Assembly (NCBI RefSeq): GCF_902713615.1
Contig: NW_024056027.1
Span: 124,001 to 188,000 of the forward strand
Origin: Scyliorhinus canicula
Taxonomy: Eukaryota
Length of the DNA: 64,000 bases
Reading direction: 5' to 3'
Positions 13,405 to 28,060 of this stretch are shown here, piece after piece. A program made the position numbers and the translations under genes. The first letter of the stretch is position 1; every line of letters starts with the position of its first letter. The notes below the pieces were generated by a model. It had not been told where the DNA came from, searched no databases, and was given only the letters and a program-made list of their open reading frames with translations.

Positions 13405-14958
13405 AAAGTCTTACAACACCAGGTTAAAGTCCAACAGGTTTTTTTCAAACCCTAGCTTTCGGAGCACTGCTCCTTCCTCAGGTGAATGTAGAGGTATGTT
13501 CCAGAAACATATATGTAGACAATTCAAAGATGCAAGACAATGCTTAGAATGCGAGCATTTGCAGGTAATTAAATTTTTACAGATCTAAAGATAGGGGTAA
13601 CCCCAGGTTAAAGAGGTGTGAATTGTCTCAAGCCAGGACAGTTGGTAGGATTTTGCAAGCCCAGGGCAGATGGTGGGGGATGAATGTAATGCGACATGAA
13701 TCCCAGGTCCCGATTGAGGCCGCACTCATGTGTGCGGAACTTGGCTATAAATTTCTGCTCGGCAATTCTGCGGTATCGCGTGTCCTGTAGGCTGCCTTGG
13801 AGAACACTTACCCGGAGATCAGAGGCTGAATGCCCTCGACTGCTGAAGTGTTCCCCGACTGGAAGGGAACATTCCTGCCTGGCGATTGTTGCGCGATGTC
13901 CGTTCATTCACTGTTGCAATGTACCACATTACGGGACATCCTTTCCTGCAGCGTATGAGGTGGACAACATTGGCCGAGTTGCACTAGTATGTACCTAGTG
14001 GGTGGTGTTCTCACATGTAATGGTGGTATCCATGTCGATGATCTGGCACATCTTGCAGCGATTGCCATGGCAAAGTTGTGTGGTGTCGTGGTCGCTGTTC
14101 TGAAGGCTGGGTAGTTTGCTGCCAACAATGGTTTGTTTGAGGTTGCGTGGTTGTTTGAAGGCAAGTAGTGGGGGTGTGGGGATGACCTTGGCAATATGTT
14201 CATCTTCATCGATGATGTGTTGAATGCTGAGAAGAAGATGTCGTAGTTTCTCCGCTCAGGGAATGTACTGGACGATGAAGGGTACTCTGTCGGTTGTGCC
14301 CCGTGTTTGTCTTCTGAGGAGCTTGGTGCGTTTTCTTGCTGTGGCGCGTTGGAACTGTCGATCGATGAGTCAAGCACATATCTCGTTCGTGTGAGGGCAT
14401 CACTCAGCGTCTGTAGATGTCTGTTATGCTCCTCCTCGTCTGCGCAGATCCTGGGTATATGGAGGGCTTGTCCATAGGGGATGGATTCTTTACTATATTT
14501 AGGGTGGAAGTGGAGAAGTGGAACATTGTGAGGTGACCCGCAACAACGCAGAATCGCTGAGCAGAAACATATAGCCAAGTTCCGCCTACATGAGTGCGGC
14601 CTCAACCGGGGCCTGGGATTCATGTCACATTACATTCATCCCCCACCATCTGGCCTGGGTTTGCGAAATCCTAAAAACTGTCCTGGCGTGAGACAATTCA
14701 CACCTCTTTAACCTGGGGTTACCCCTATCTCTGGATCTGTAAAGACTTAATTACCTGCAAATGCTCGCATTCGAAGAATTGTCTGGCATCTTTGACTTTG
14801 TCGATATATATGTTTCTGGAACATACCTCCTCATTCACCTGAGGAAGGAACAGTGCTCCGAAAGCTAGTGTTTGAAGCAAACCTGTTGGACTTCAACCTT
14901 GTATTGTAAAATTTCTTACTGTGCTCACCCCAGTCCAACGCCAGCACCTCCACATCAT
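13405..14958 (-). mobile_element. Truncated Penelope-like (GIY-YIG) retroelement with inverted pseudo-LTRs
   Basis: Minus-strand frames give RT C-terminal-like SIPYGQALHIPRICADEEEHNRHLQTL and GIY-YIG-like VGEHFS...HSASDLRVSVLQG...RRIAEQKFIAKFRTHECGLN. Arms about 13405-13790 and 14540-14925 are inverted copies of each other. Confidence 0.85.
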
Positions 14959-15149
14959 GATTAATATTGGTATTGTCTCGCACAGTAATAACTAAAGCAG
15001 AGAGAATCGCATCATTTATAGGTACAGAAACTGGCATTAAATAAACAGAGCCGGCGGTGTACCGGAATTATTAAAACAAGGATACAAGTGGAGACAGTGC
15101 AGTGCAGTAGAAACCGAGAATTTCCTCACACAGTCCAAAGATGCGCAGG

Positions 15150-15905
15150 TTACATAGGACATAGAACATTACAGTGAAGTACAGGCCCTTCGAACCTCGA
15201 TGCTGCGCCGACCTGTAAAACCACTCTAAAGCCCATCTACACTATTCCCTTATCGCTCATCTGCCTATCCAATGACCATTTGAATGCGTTTAGTGTTGGC
15301 GAGTCCACTACTGTTGCAGGCAGGGCATTCCACGACCTTACTACTCTCTGAGTAAAGAATCTACCTCTGACATCTGTCCTATATCTATTTCCCCTCAATT
15401 TAAATCTATGTCCCCTCGTGCTGGACGTCACCATCCGAGGAAAAAGGATCTCAATGTCCACCCTATCTAATCCTCTGATCATCTTGTATGCCTCAATTTA
15501 GTCACCTCTTAACCTTGTTCTCTCTAACGAAAACAGCCTCTAGTCCTTCAGCCTTTCCTTGTAAGATCTTCCCTCCATACCAGGAAACATCCTTGTAAAT
15601 CTCCTCTGTACCATTTCCAATGCTTCCACATCCTTCCTCTAATGTGGCGACCAGAACTGCACGCAATACTCCAAAGCCGGCCGCACCAGAGTTTTGTACA
15701 ACTGCAACATGACCTCATGGCTCCGAAACTCAATTCCTCTACCAAAAAAAGCTAACACACCATACGCCGTCTTGACAATCGTCTCAACCTGGGTTGCAAC
15801 TTTAAGGGATCTATGGACATCGACACGGAGATCTCTCTGCTCGTCCACATTGCCAAGAATCTTACCATTCGCCCAGTACTCTGTCTTCCTGTTATTCCTT
15901 CCAAA
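15150..15905 (-). mobile_element. CR1 LINE 3' fragment
   Basis: LYKTLVRPALEYCVQFWSPH and RFFTQRVVRSWNALP. Confidence 0.9.
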
Positions 15906-17811
15906 ATGAATCAAATCAAGGTTAGGTGGATTGGCGATTCTAAAAGATTTTCCCTGAGTGTACAAAGGTTAAGTGGGGTTATAGGGATAGGATGGAGGAG
16001 GGGTCCTCAGTGGGGTGGCGTTTTGGAGGGCCGGTGCAGACTTGATGGGCCGACTGGCCTCCTTGTGCACTGTCGGGATTCTATGATTCTATGATTCTAT
16101 GATTCTTTGAAAAGACCGGGATTCACAATAACTGGGTCAGGGTTCTAATGTACTGATTACTGTTACAGGGTAAATATTCATAATAACGGAGACAGTGTGT
16201 GCAGCAATGATTAATGGAGGGGAGTCCAGAATCAGGGACACAGTCTAAGGATATAGATGAGGAGAAATTTATTGACCTAGAGTGGTGAGCCTATGGAATT
16301 CTCTACCACACAAAACAGTTGGGGCCAAAGCATTGTATGTTTACTGGAAGGAATTATATATAGCTCTTGTGGCAATAGGGATCATAGGATATGGAGGGAA
16401 AACGAGAACAGTTTACTGAGTTGGATGATCAGCCACGATCAGAATGAATGAAAGAGCAAGTTCAAGGGGTCGAACGGCCTATTCCTTCACCTATTGTCTA
16501 TGCTTCTATACTTCTATTGTTCTATGTAATGCAAAAAAGCCTAAATTAGATATAATCTGAAACAGGATCTAGTACAGTAATTTCTGATACAGGGTCTAGA
16601 TTAATATAAACCGAGACAAGGTCGAGTGCAGTGATTTCTGATGGGGGGGGGGCTGTTCAGTAATATGAATTTAGAGGGGGTTCTCGTGCACTAATTGCTG
16701 ATAGAGCGTCGAGATTAATATAAAGTAAGACAGATTCTAGTGCCGTAATTATTGATGCAGGGTCTAGATTAACGAAAACTGAGATAAGGTCTAATGCAGT
16801 GATTACTGACTCAGGGTATACATTCGTACAAAGCGAGACAGGGTCGATTGCAGGGACTGCCCAAGATTAATGTTAATCAATGTAGGGCCGAGTGTGATGT
16901 TCACCGTTACACGTTTGAGATTATATACATTAAGACATATGTGTGTTTTTTTCTGAGTGTTAGTGTGTGTGGACATTTTCACACCAAATTCCTGCACAAA
17001 TAATTCCTTTGTTTTATACACCAATTAATGGGACGGAGTATGGGGAACTTTACTCTCCACATACCCTGCGTTTTTCCTGCTCTGCAAGTATCTGATGGTC
17101 CGCCAAAAGGAAGCTTTACTCTGTTCCTCACATGCGCTTTACCTGTCCTTCACATGTTAGATGGCGGATGTTGTGGAGGGGACTTTGCTCTGTACTGTAC
17201 CTGTCCTTCGAGTATTTGAGGGGAGATTGTAAAGCGAAGTTTATTCAGTAACTAAATGTTTACTGTTGGGGCCCTGGGAGTATATAATGGGACAGGTTTT
17301 CGGAAGTTTTATTCTTTATCGAAAACTGTGATGTATTTGCCGTGAGAGTGTTTGCTGGTTCAGTGTGCAGGAAGCTTTGCTCTGTATATAACCCCGTACT
17401 GTACCTGACCTGCGAGAATTTGACGGAATAGTTTAGACAAGCAGAGCGTTACTAAAGCTGTCCTTGGAATTCTGATGGGACACGAGGAATGGAAAGGTCT
17501 GGGACAACTATCTTAATGTCTGTGTCATATTTGAAAAGTGGGGAAAATTGATGCTCAGGTGATTAAAGGGGCAGCAGCAGAATGTGTACAACAGTGACTA
17601 ATGGACAGAATACAGTGTAGATGTTAACAATTGTTTCAGATTGGGTGGGGTTCAGGGTGTTATTCTCCACTGGGTAATATTAGCAGCACTGCTTTTTCTG
17701 TTATATATTAATAGACAGGGTCGGGACTCGGGTTCACAGGATATGAATTGAAAAGTTGCATTTGTCTCCCAAATTGACAATGTAGTAAACAGGGAAGAGG
17801 ATTACATACAT

Positions 17812-18330
17812 AGATACATAGAAGTTAGGAGCAGGAGGAGGCCTTTTGGCCCTTCGAGCCTGCTCCGCCATCTATCACGATCATGGCTGCTCATCCCTCT
17901 CAATAGCCTAATCCAGATTGCTCCCCACAGCCTTTGATCCCATTCTCCCCAAGTGCTATATCTAGCCGCCTCTTGAACATATTCAATGTTTTCGGATTAA
18001 CTATTTCCTGTGGTAATGAATTCCACAGGCTCACTACTCTTTGGGTGAACGAATAACTCCTCATCTCTGTCCGAAATGAATACTGAATCCTCAGACTATG
18101 GCCTGGTTCTGGACACACCCATCATCTGAAACATCTTCCCTGCATCTACACTGTCTAGTCCTGTTAGAATTGTATAAGTCTCTATTAGATCCCCGCTCAT
18201 TCTTCTGAACTCCAGCGAGAACAATCCTTACGTAGTCATTCTCTCCTCATATGACAGTCCCGCCGTCCCTGGTGTTGTAACAAGGATGTGTCCAGCCTGG
18301 CTACAACAGGTCGCTGACTTCTTCATGCAC
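17812..18330 (-). mobile_element. CR1 LINE 3' fragment
   Basis: FTQRVVSLWNSLPQ motif and a CR1-type 3' UTR. Confidence 0.85.
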
Positions 18331-20590
18331 ACAGGCAGATAGGTGGCAGATAAAATTCAATGTTGAGAAGTGATGCATTAAAACTAAATTTTTGAGGGGG
18401 GGGGGTCGTTTGTATCAAAAATTAGAAAACCAATGTTAAAAGAGAAGGTGAGAGTGCAGGTTAATTATCAGGATATTGACCGAGTAAAACGGGCCGAGGG
18501 CTCAGGGGAGGTTAGTAAAGTTTACAGAACACGTACTAGAGTAGGGAGTATGGAAAGTGGCAGGTATACAACTTCAGGCACAGCAGAAAAGTGGAGAACG
18601 ATGAGAAGGGGTGGTCAACGCAGAGCTGCTGGTGTTGTACCTGAATGTGCGCAGTATACAGAACAAGGTAAATTAACTCATTGCGCACATTGTAATTGGT
18701 CGGTACGATGTTATGGACATCACAGAGACGTGGCTGTGAGGGGATCAGGGCTCGAATCTAAATATCCAAGGATATGTGTCCTATCGAAAGGAAAGGCAGA
18801 TGGGAAAAGAGGGCGGGGTTGCATTGTGAGTTAATGAAATTAACTCGACAGCAAGAAGCAGTTTAAGGTCAGAAGGCATAGGATCCCTGTGGGCAGAGTT
18901 GACGAATCGCAAAGGAAAAAAGACGCTGATGAGAGTTACTTACAGCCCCTAGCCATAGTCAGAATGTGGGGCACAAAATAAATCAGGAGATGTAAAAACG
19001 CATATAAGGGAGGCAATATACAATAATCATGGGGGACTTCATATGCAGTGAGAATAGGGAAAGGCAGGTGGTAGCAGATCCCAAGAAATGGAATTTGTGG
19101 GAATATCGATTAAAAGTTTTTTTTTGGAGCAGCTTGTGATAGAGGTCAGTCGAAACAGGCAATTTACATTTGCTGATGTGTAATGAGGTCGACTTGACTA
19201 GGGAACTGAAGGAGAAGGAACCCTCACGGGGCAGCGACCACAATATGATAGAATTCACTCCTGCAGTTTGGAGGTCGAATCTGGAGTCAAATGTAACAGT
19301 ATTACAATTGAATAAAGTTAACTACAAAGATAAAGGGAGGAGCTGGCCAGAGTTGATTAAAAGGGAACTGAGCAGGGAAGACTGTGGAACAGCAGTGGCA
19401 GGACGTTTGGGGACTATTCGCGAGGCACTGCATAAATTAATCCCAATGAGGAGGAACCATGCTAAGGGAGGACAGGGCATCCATGGTTGACAAGGGAAGT
19501 CAAGGACAACATAAAAGCAAAGGAATAAGCAGACAATGTGGCGAATATGAATGGGATGCCAGAGTATACGGAAGCATTTAAAAGCTGATGTAATGTAAAA
19601 GCTAATAGAGATTTTTATTATTACTTTTGAACTGGGGGCACTGCTTCTACGTTTTCAGACGATGCAAAGATACGTAGAGGAATAGGTTGTGCTGAGGAAG
19701 CAGAGAGGCTGTAGAAAGACCTGGTCAGGCCAAGAGAGTGGGAAAAGAAGTAGCAGATAGAATACAATGTAGAAATGTTTGAGCTTCGCACTTTGGAGGA
19801 AACATAGAGTATTTTCTAATTGGGGTAGGGCTGAGGAAATCAGAAGCTCAAATGGACTTAGGAATTCTAGTTGAGGATTCTCTTAAGGTTAACTTGCAGG
19901 ATCGGTTGGCAGCAAGGAAGGCAAATGCAATTTTAGCATTCATGTTGCGAGGGCTAGATTACAGGAACAGGGATGTAACTGTTGAGGCACCATGAGGCTC
20001 TGGTCAGACTCCATTTGAAATATTGTGAGCAGTTTTGCTCCCCTTTTCTAAAGAAGGCCTTGGAGAAGCTCCAGAGAAGATTCACAAGACTAACCCTCGG
20101 AATGACGGACTTTTCATAAAAGGAGCGGTTGAGGGCTCTGGATCTGTTCTGGATACAGTTTAGAAGGATGAAGTGCTGTGGGGTGGGGGGGGAGGGGAAG
20201 CGGAGTAGGGTATTGGCTGGGGAGGGGGAGCGGGGGGGGGGGGGTCACATTGAAACTTACAGAACAGCGAGAGGCCTATTAGGTGAAACTAGAACCCGAG
20301 GGCACAGCCTCAGATTTAAGGGACGATCCTTCAAAACTGAGAAGAGGAGCAATTTATTCAGCGAGAGGGTCTTGAATCTGTGGAACTCATTCCCGCAGAA
20401 GGCTGTGGAGGCCAAATCACTGAGTGTCTTTAAGATATAGATAGATAGGTTCTTGATTAATAAGGGGATCAGGGATTGTGGAGAGAAGGCAGGAGAATGG
20501 GGATTAGAAACATAACAGTCACGATTGAATGCAGAGCAGACTCGATGGACTGAAAGGCCGGTCTCTGCTCCTATGTTTTATGATTTTATG
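18330..20590 (+). mobile_element. Decayed CR1 LINE ORF2 (endonuclease to 3' end, internally deleted)
   Basis: Endonuclease-like remnants (ATCACAGAGACGTGG, IIMGDF-like, GSDHNMIEF) followed by RT remnants and FSERVLNLWNSFPQ. Confidence 0.8.
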
Positions 20591-23241
20591 GTAGGAAGAC
20601 CATCTATGGACGGCTTGATTGCCGTCACAGATATGGTGGGTGGAAGGGCATCTTTCTATACTGTGAAACTCTCAGACTCCATGACTCTATGACAGGGTCT
20701 AAAGCAATGATCACTAATGCAGGGTGTAGATTAACCTTAAATTGAGATTGAATCTCGTGCAGTGATTGCTGATACAGGGTCTAGATTAACATAAACCGAG
20801 ACAGGTTGTAGTGGCAGCGATTACTGATACAAAGTTTGAGTAACCATAAATGAGATAGGATCTAAAGCAGTGATTATTGATACAGGATCTAGAATATTAT
20901 AAACTGAGCAGGGTCTATTGCAGTCATTCCTGCTCAGGGTCTGGATTAATATATGTGTAAAGAGTTATTAGCCCAGATGATTAAAAACGTGGTCGACGAG
21001 GCAGGTTATGGGATGATTTTAATAAGGGAGTTGACGTAAAGAGGAGTAGTGTAGAATGGACTTTCGTTTGCGGATTAGTTGCCTGAATACTCTGTATTCA
21101 TTTTAACTGGCTGCTCGACTATATCTCATGGAAACAGGCACTTGGCAAAGCATGATGGATATTTAGCCTTATTTTTAGTCAAGAAGTTCTGTATGAAACA
21201 GTCAGAAGGTCATACAGTGTAAACAAGCATGCAGGTGCACACGGTTTTGCTGACAACAGACAATTATTTTTTCTTAGGCGAGGAACTCAAGGCCTGTCCT
21301 AGATATTGCTTACTGTAACTTGCTTGCCTTACCTCTGTAAAGCGGGGACATTTGGAATGACTGTGGTCTATCTAATCCCCCCACGAACTTCGTGTTAAAT
21401 AAAGACCTTTGGTGAAAACTCGAAGTGCTGACTATTAATTTCTTCAACAAGTAGGGAATGAATACCAGACCTTAGGACAGGGACATATGAAGACATCGAA
21501 AAGTGAACCAAATAATTCAGAAGATAACATTACATCTTGATCGATTGGAGTTGCAAAAAATAAGAAAAATGTTTCATATGCACACCTACACGAACGGTCA
21601 ATACGTTTTTGCAGCGATTTTAGTTGTTCTTCTTAACCAGATGAGTGTTGTATGATTGGGTGGGCATTTCTCCTATGAGTGCCCACCATTACCATCGTGG
21701 CGATACTGTGAGAACATGGTTATGTCTAACTCTGCCAGTGCATTAGGTGATGGGTTAATATATTTTTAAAATAAATTTAGAGTACCCAATTATTTTTTCC
21801 AGTTAAGGGGCAATTTAGCGTGGCCAATCCTCCTACCCTGCACGTCTTTGGGTTGTGGGGGTGAAACCCACGCAGACACGGGGAGAATGTGCAAAATCCA
21901 CACGGACAGTGACCCAGGCCCAGGATTCGAACAGGTGATTGGTTAATATAAATCGAGGCATGAAAATAATCACCATCGTGAAAAAAAAACTTTCCAATCG
22001 ATAGAGCATAACACAAGAGTAAATTCATAATTTTGAACAAAACAGAGATTTCCTCTAAATTTTGGAAATTGCTGTGCACCGGTGTTCACATGTAGACATG
22101 TCTCCCAAGACCAGTTCATTCCTGGGATGTTGGTAAAATATTCAACTCAATATTGCCCACATGATAGCAGAGCAAATACACATTTAATACAACTACTTAT
22201 AGATATTAACAGGAATTAACATAATCTCATAATCAACGATGATTGTACTTGGAGAAACAAGCAAACATGTACAATCATTTATAATATTCGAGAGACAACA
22301 GGAACATGGTCCGGTGTAATATCAACAGAGACAGGCCCTGGTGTGATGTAAAGAAACAAATTCCTGTGGAATATAATAGAGACGGAACTTAATGTAATAT
22401 AATCCTATGCATATTCTAGCGTATTATTAACTGAGTGTAGCACAAACAGTAGTGTAGTATAGACAGGGACAGGGATTACTTTAATAGAAATGAAGACAGG
22501 GTCTCATGTAACATCAGAATAAACAGATTTGATGTAATACAGTGCATAGAAAATAGAGCAGGGGTGCACCATTCTGCCCTTCGAGCTTGCTCCGCTATTC
22601 ATTCTGATCATGGCTGATCATCCACCTAAATAACCTGTTCCCATTTTCCCCCATATCATTTGGTTCCGTCAGAGTTTTGATCCCCAAGCGCTTTATCTAA
22701 CTCCTTCTTGAAAACATACAATACTTTGGAGTCAACTTCGCTCTGTGGTAGAGAATTCCACAGGTTCACAATATTACCCCTCATCTCAGTTTTAAATGGT
22801 TTACCCCGTATCCCTAGACTGTGACCCCTGGTTCTACCTTCCCCGCCATCGGACACATCCTTTCTGCATCCGCCCTGTCTCGTCCTGTTACAATTTGATC
22901 GGTTTATAATCAGAGGGTGGATTTAATATTTCATAAATTAGTGTCTTCTGTTTTCTGACCCTCCTGCCAGTGAATCAAGTTTCTTCCTAATTAATCAAAC
23001 AAAACCCTTCATAATTTTGACCATTTTTACACGCATCCCATAACCTGCTCGGTTCTAAGGAAAACAATCCAAGCTTCCAACCGCTCTGACCGTGCAGCTC
23101 ATACAGTGTGAAGACCCAGTTGTATATATTTTTATGCCTTGCTTGTATTCAGATGCTATTCTTGGAATTACTGACATTTTATATGGAGCCAGTGGAATTC
23201 CCATTCACCAATACCATCGTGTTAGAATAAGATGTAAGACG

Positions 23242-23470
23242 GGGGCAGCACGGTGGTGCAGTTGTTAGCACTGCTGCCTCACGGCGCCGAGGTCCCAGGT
23301 TCGATCCCGGCTTTGGGTCCCTGGGCGTGTGGAGTTTGCACATTCTCCCCGTGTTTGCGTGGGTTTCGCCCCCACAACCCAAAGATGTGCAGCGTAGGTG
23401 GATTGGCCACGCTAAATTGCCCCTTAATTGGGAAAAAATAATTGGGTACTCTAAATTTATAAAAGAATAA
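23242..23470 (+). mobile_element. tRNA-derived SINE (copy A only)
   Basis: A/B boxes and family core; absent at the paralogous site near 29050. Confidence 0.88.
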
Positions 23471-25732
23471 GTCACAAGACTAATAAAAGACTAGCCTCTG
23501 AAAATTAAATTGACCCATGTAAGGCTGCACCCAGAATTAGAACTTTAGATACACTGAGCAATATCTCAGAATGTAATGTCAAAATGCAAAGCATGATAGG
23601 TCAATAGTCTTGTTTCATGAGAATCAATATCACCTCTCACGACAGCCTGTGATCAAATGCAGGAGTATTTTATGTTTCAGTTGTTCCATCTTTTAGATGT
23701 GATTATATTACAGCCTTAGGGCTGCTTCGCAATATTGTTGCTGGACTGGTAATCTGGAGGCCTGAACTATTACTCCAGAGGCAGTACAAATTCCACCAGG
23801 GCATATTGCAATGATGTGAGCAGTTTTGGTCTCCTTACCTAAGGATAGATATTTTGGAGGCCGTCCAGAGAAGGTACATGGGTCGAATGGCCAACTTCTG
23901 CTCCTACATCTTATAGTTTTATAATTGAATGAATTAATAAATCAGCAATAAAAATCATCGTGTCATTCATAATACTCATGAAGCTCTTGACATTTCCCAA
24001 AGCTCAGCAGGTTCACCAATGTCCTTCAGGAAAATAAATCTTCCCGCCTTCCCCTGTCTGGACTATATGTAACTAGTTCAGCAATGATGTGGTTGCCGCT
24101 TAACTACCTCTGATATTACCGAGCAAGCCAGTCAGTCGAAGAGAATCTGTTACATAAAGTCAAATGTGAATTCAACAGTGCAAAGTGCACCTTATCTAAA
24201 AGGTGGTTCTCATCCGGCTTCACAGGATGGACAGTTAATGCTGACTTTGTCAGTGAGGGTCATAGGCCGGGAATGAATGTTAAAAATAGTGCAAAGTGCT
24301 GCAGAATCCGGAAATCTAAAACAAAAACAAAATAAAAAAGGCTGCTCAGCAGGTCAGTGAGCATCAGCTCAGAGAGAAACAGATTCACATTTCTAGTGGA
24401 TTGCCTCATTGACATAATTCTAAAGAGTAGAGCTGATTTTCCCAGTATCCTCGACCAATGTCCGTTCTTGAACATAAATCACAGATTGGTTGGTCACTGA
24501 TCACATTTCAGGTTGTGGGATCTTGCTGTGCACAAATTCCCTGCTATGTTTCCAACATTACAGCAGTGACTAAATTCAGCAAAAATATATCAGTGAGTTT
24601 TCAGGGCGTTGGGATGACCTGAGGTCGGGTAAAGTGTTTTACGAAAGCAAACTCTTTCCAAATGTTAACATTTTAAAATGCAGGTTGTAAGATTTTGAAA
24701 GATCTGAGATTAATGTGACTATAGATCACTCCTCTGCCTGATGTTTTAATTTATCTACTTTAAATCGGTTAATATTTCAATCAAATTAGCATTCAGTGGA
24801 ATAACAGCCTGGTTAAAGATGCTTTATTAATTGAGACATCAGAACTTTCAGAATTAATACTTAATTCAACTGTATTCTTTAATTCAATTAAGTAACATCT
24901 GTTCTAATGGAGGGTTCTATACATTTTAATAGACTGTTAATAGTCTTAAAATAACCGGCTATTTTGAGTTGAAACTAATCAATAAGTGGCTGTGTTTATC
25001 TCGTTTTGCTGACATTGTGCCAGTGAGGTGTTTATGTAAATAAACACAGAAATAGAAGGCCCAGTTTAGATTGCAGACTGACAAAAACAAAACAACTATT
25101 TCCCTGCCAACACAGCACAGAAATAGAGATGAAGATGTAAATAGATTAACGGATTCAAGCAGCAATTGTTTTTGGACATTTATTTCTTCATCAGTTATAT
25201 GAGAAAAATGTCATCATGATATCTATGTTCAGAATGAGGAAAGTTTCCCTTTAATCTCGAATATTATGACATGCCAAATGTGTTCGTAGAGTTTTCATGT
25301 ATCTGATATATGTGTCTTTCTCCCAATTGGTTCTGTCTCATGTCTCTCCACGATGGGTCATTGTTTGTAATCGACAAATTGAAGTCAACATGTGCCCAAT
25401 ATATTCTCTCAGCCCGATCACACCCCATTGGCTTCCAACTAAATGGATCTAATCCAATGAATTGGAATACATAGAGAGAGTTTTCTTCTAAAATGTGGTT
25501 GGAGTATTCAATTACCTTGTAGTGTTTCATGAGAACTGTAGAGAAAATTTTACTCTGTATCTAACCTGAGCTGCACAGAGTGGTGAGGATTTGATGTGGC
25601 AGTGCCGAAGGATCTTTCCCTATATCTAACCAGTCTGACAGACATAGATAGTTTCTTGATTAATAAGGGGATCAGGGGTTATGGGGAGATAACAGGAGAT
25701 GGGCGATTAGAAACATAACTGGAAGAAAATAA

Positions 25733-25920
25733 GGGGCTGGTTTAGCTCACTCGGCTAAATCGCTGGCTTTTAAAGCAGACCAAGCAGGCCATCAGCACGG
25801 TTCGATTCCCGTACCAGCCTCCCCGGACAGGCGCCGGAATGTGGCGACTAGGGGCTTTTCACAGTAACTTCATTGAATCCTACTCGTGACAATAAGCGAT
25901 TTTCAATTTTTCAATTTCAA
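25733..25920 (+). mobile_element. Second short tRNA-derived SINE family; copies at 8931-9109 (-), about 31594-31734 (-), and a 3' part at about 4350-4450 (+)
   Basis: GGGGCTGGTTTAGCTCA...GGTTCGATTCCCGTACCAGCC...GTGACAATAAGCGATTTTCA with a (TTTTCA)n tail. Confidence 0.85.
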
Positions 25921-25943
25921 TAACAGTCATGATTGAATGAGGA

Positions 25944-26163
25944 GGGGCAGCGCAGTGGCGCAGTGGTTAGCATAGCTGCCTCACAGTGCCGAGGTCGATC
26001 CTGTCCCTGGGTCACTGCCCGTGTGGAGTTTGCACATTCTCCCCGTGTTTGCATGGGTTTCGTCTCCACAACCCAAAAGATGTGCAGGGTAGGTGGATTG
26101 TCCACACTAAGTTGCCCCTTCATTGGAAAAAATGAATTGCTGACTCTAAATTTATTTTTAAAA
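25944..26163 (+). mobile_element. tRNA-derived SINE with 15-bp TSD ATGATTGAATGAGGA
   Basis: TSD at 25929-25943 and 26164-26178. Confidence 0.9.
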
Positions 26164-27254
26164 ATGATTGAATGAGGAGCACACTCGATGGGCCTAATGG
26201 TCTAGTTCTGCTCATGTGTCTTATGGTTTTATGGTATGAAGACCATCTGTGGACGATCTTAGAATAGATAGGTGCTTGATTGCCATCGCCGATACGATGG
26301 ATGGAAGGGCGTCATTCTGTATTGTAAACCTCTAAGACTCCATGGCTCTATGACAGGTCTAAAACGATTATCACTCATACAGGGTGGAGATTAACCTAAA
26401 CTAATCCAAAAACCTTTATTGCCACAAGTAGGCTTACATTAACACTGCAATTAAGCTACTGTCAAAAGCTACTCGTCGCAGCATTCAGGCGCCTGTTCGG
26501 GTACACAGAGGGAGAACTCAGAAAGTCAAAGTTACCTAACAGCACGTCATTCGGGGCACGTGGGAGGAAACCGGAGAACCAGGAGGAAACCCACACAGAA
26601 CACAGGGAGAACGTGCAGACTCCGCACAGTGACCCAAGTCAGGAATCAAACCTGGGACCACGGCGCTGTGAAGCAACAGTGCCACTGAGATTGGATCTAG
26701 TGCAGTGATTACTGATACAGAGTCCACACTAACATAAACCGAGACAGGTTCTAGTGCAGGAAATTACTGATACAAAGTTTGATTCACCTTAAATGATATA
26801 GGACGTCGAGCAGTAACCATTGATTCAGAGTCTGGAATAGTCTAAATTGAGGTAGGGTCTATTTCGGTCATTCCTGCTGCAGGGTCTGGATTAATATATG
26901 TCTAAAGAGTTATTAGGTCAGATGATTGAAAGCTTGGTCGACGAGGCAAGTTATATGGGATGATTTTTATTAAGGGAATTGAGGTAAAGAGGAGTGTGGA
27001 ATGCGTACCAGAGCTCAGGGCCGAGACGCATGAAGACATGGCAAAGTGAAACAATTAATTCCGAAGATAGCATTACGTCTTGATTGATTACTGTTGCACA
27101 CCTGCACGAACGGTCAATACGTTTTTGCAGTGATTTCAATTGCTCTCCTTAACCAGATGAGAGTTCTGTGATTGTCCAGACATTTATCCTATGGGTGCCC
27201 ATCTGGCGATACTGTGAGATACGGTTCTGTCTAACACTGCCAGTGCATCAGATT

Positions 27255-28060
27255 CTGATGATCCACTCTGCCTATGCTCCTCATACATTTGTAGACCTCT
27301 ATCAGGTCGCCGCTCAACCTCCGTCGTTCCAGTGAGAACAAACCAAGTTTATTCAACCTCTTCTCGTAGCTAATGCCCTCCATACCAGGCAACATTCCGG
27401 TAAACCTCTTCTGCACACTCTCAAATGCCTCCACATCCTTCTGGTAGTGTGGCGACCAGAATTGAACACTATACTCCAAGTGTGGCCTAACTATGGTTCT
27501 GTACAGCTGCAACATGACTTGCCAATTTTTAAGCACTATTCTCCGACCAATGAAGGCAAGCATGCCGTATGCCTTCTTGACTACCTTCTCCACCTGTATT
27601 GCCCCTTTCAGTGACCTGTGGACGTGTACACCTAGGTCTCTCTGACTGTCAATACTCTTGAGGGTTCTACCATTCACTGTATATTTTCCACCTGTATTAG
27701 ACCTTTCATAATGCATGACCTCACATTTGTCCGGATTAAACTCCATCTGCCATCTCTCCACCCAAGTCTCCAAACGATCTAAATCCTGCTATGTCCTCTG
27801 ACAGTCCTCATCGCTATCTGCCATTCCACCAACCTTTGTGTGAGAGAGAGTCATTGGACTCGAAACGTCAGCACTTTTCTCTCCCTACAGATGCTGCCAG
27901 ACCTGCTGAGATTTTCCAACATTTTCTCTTTCGCCCTACCAACCTTTGTGTCGTCCGTAAACTTACTAATCAGATCAGTTACATTTTCCTCAAAATAATT
28001 TATATATACTACCAACATCAAAGGTCCCACCACTGGTCCCTGCGGAACACCACGAGTCAC
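27255..28060 (-). mobile_element. CR1 LINE RT fragment (copy B only)
   Basis: ORF 27231-27773 (MEFNPDKCEVMH...RPHLEYSVQFWSP) and GVPQGPVVGP...KFTDDTK. Confidence 0.9.
27842..27937 (+). mobile_element. 96-bp mini-element inserted into a CR1 fragment
   Basis: 14-bp TSD ACCAACCTTTGTGT at 27828-27841 and 27938-27951. Related CAGATGCTGCCAGACCTGCTGAG sequence occurs at about 715-830, and in the opposite orientation at about 24290-24380 and 30480-30590. Confidence 0.75.
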
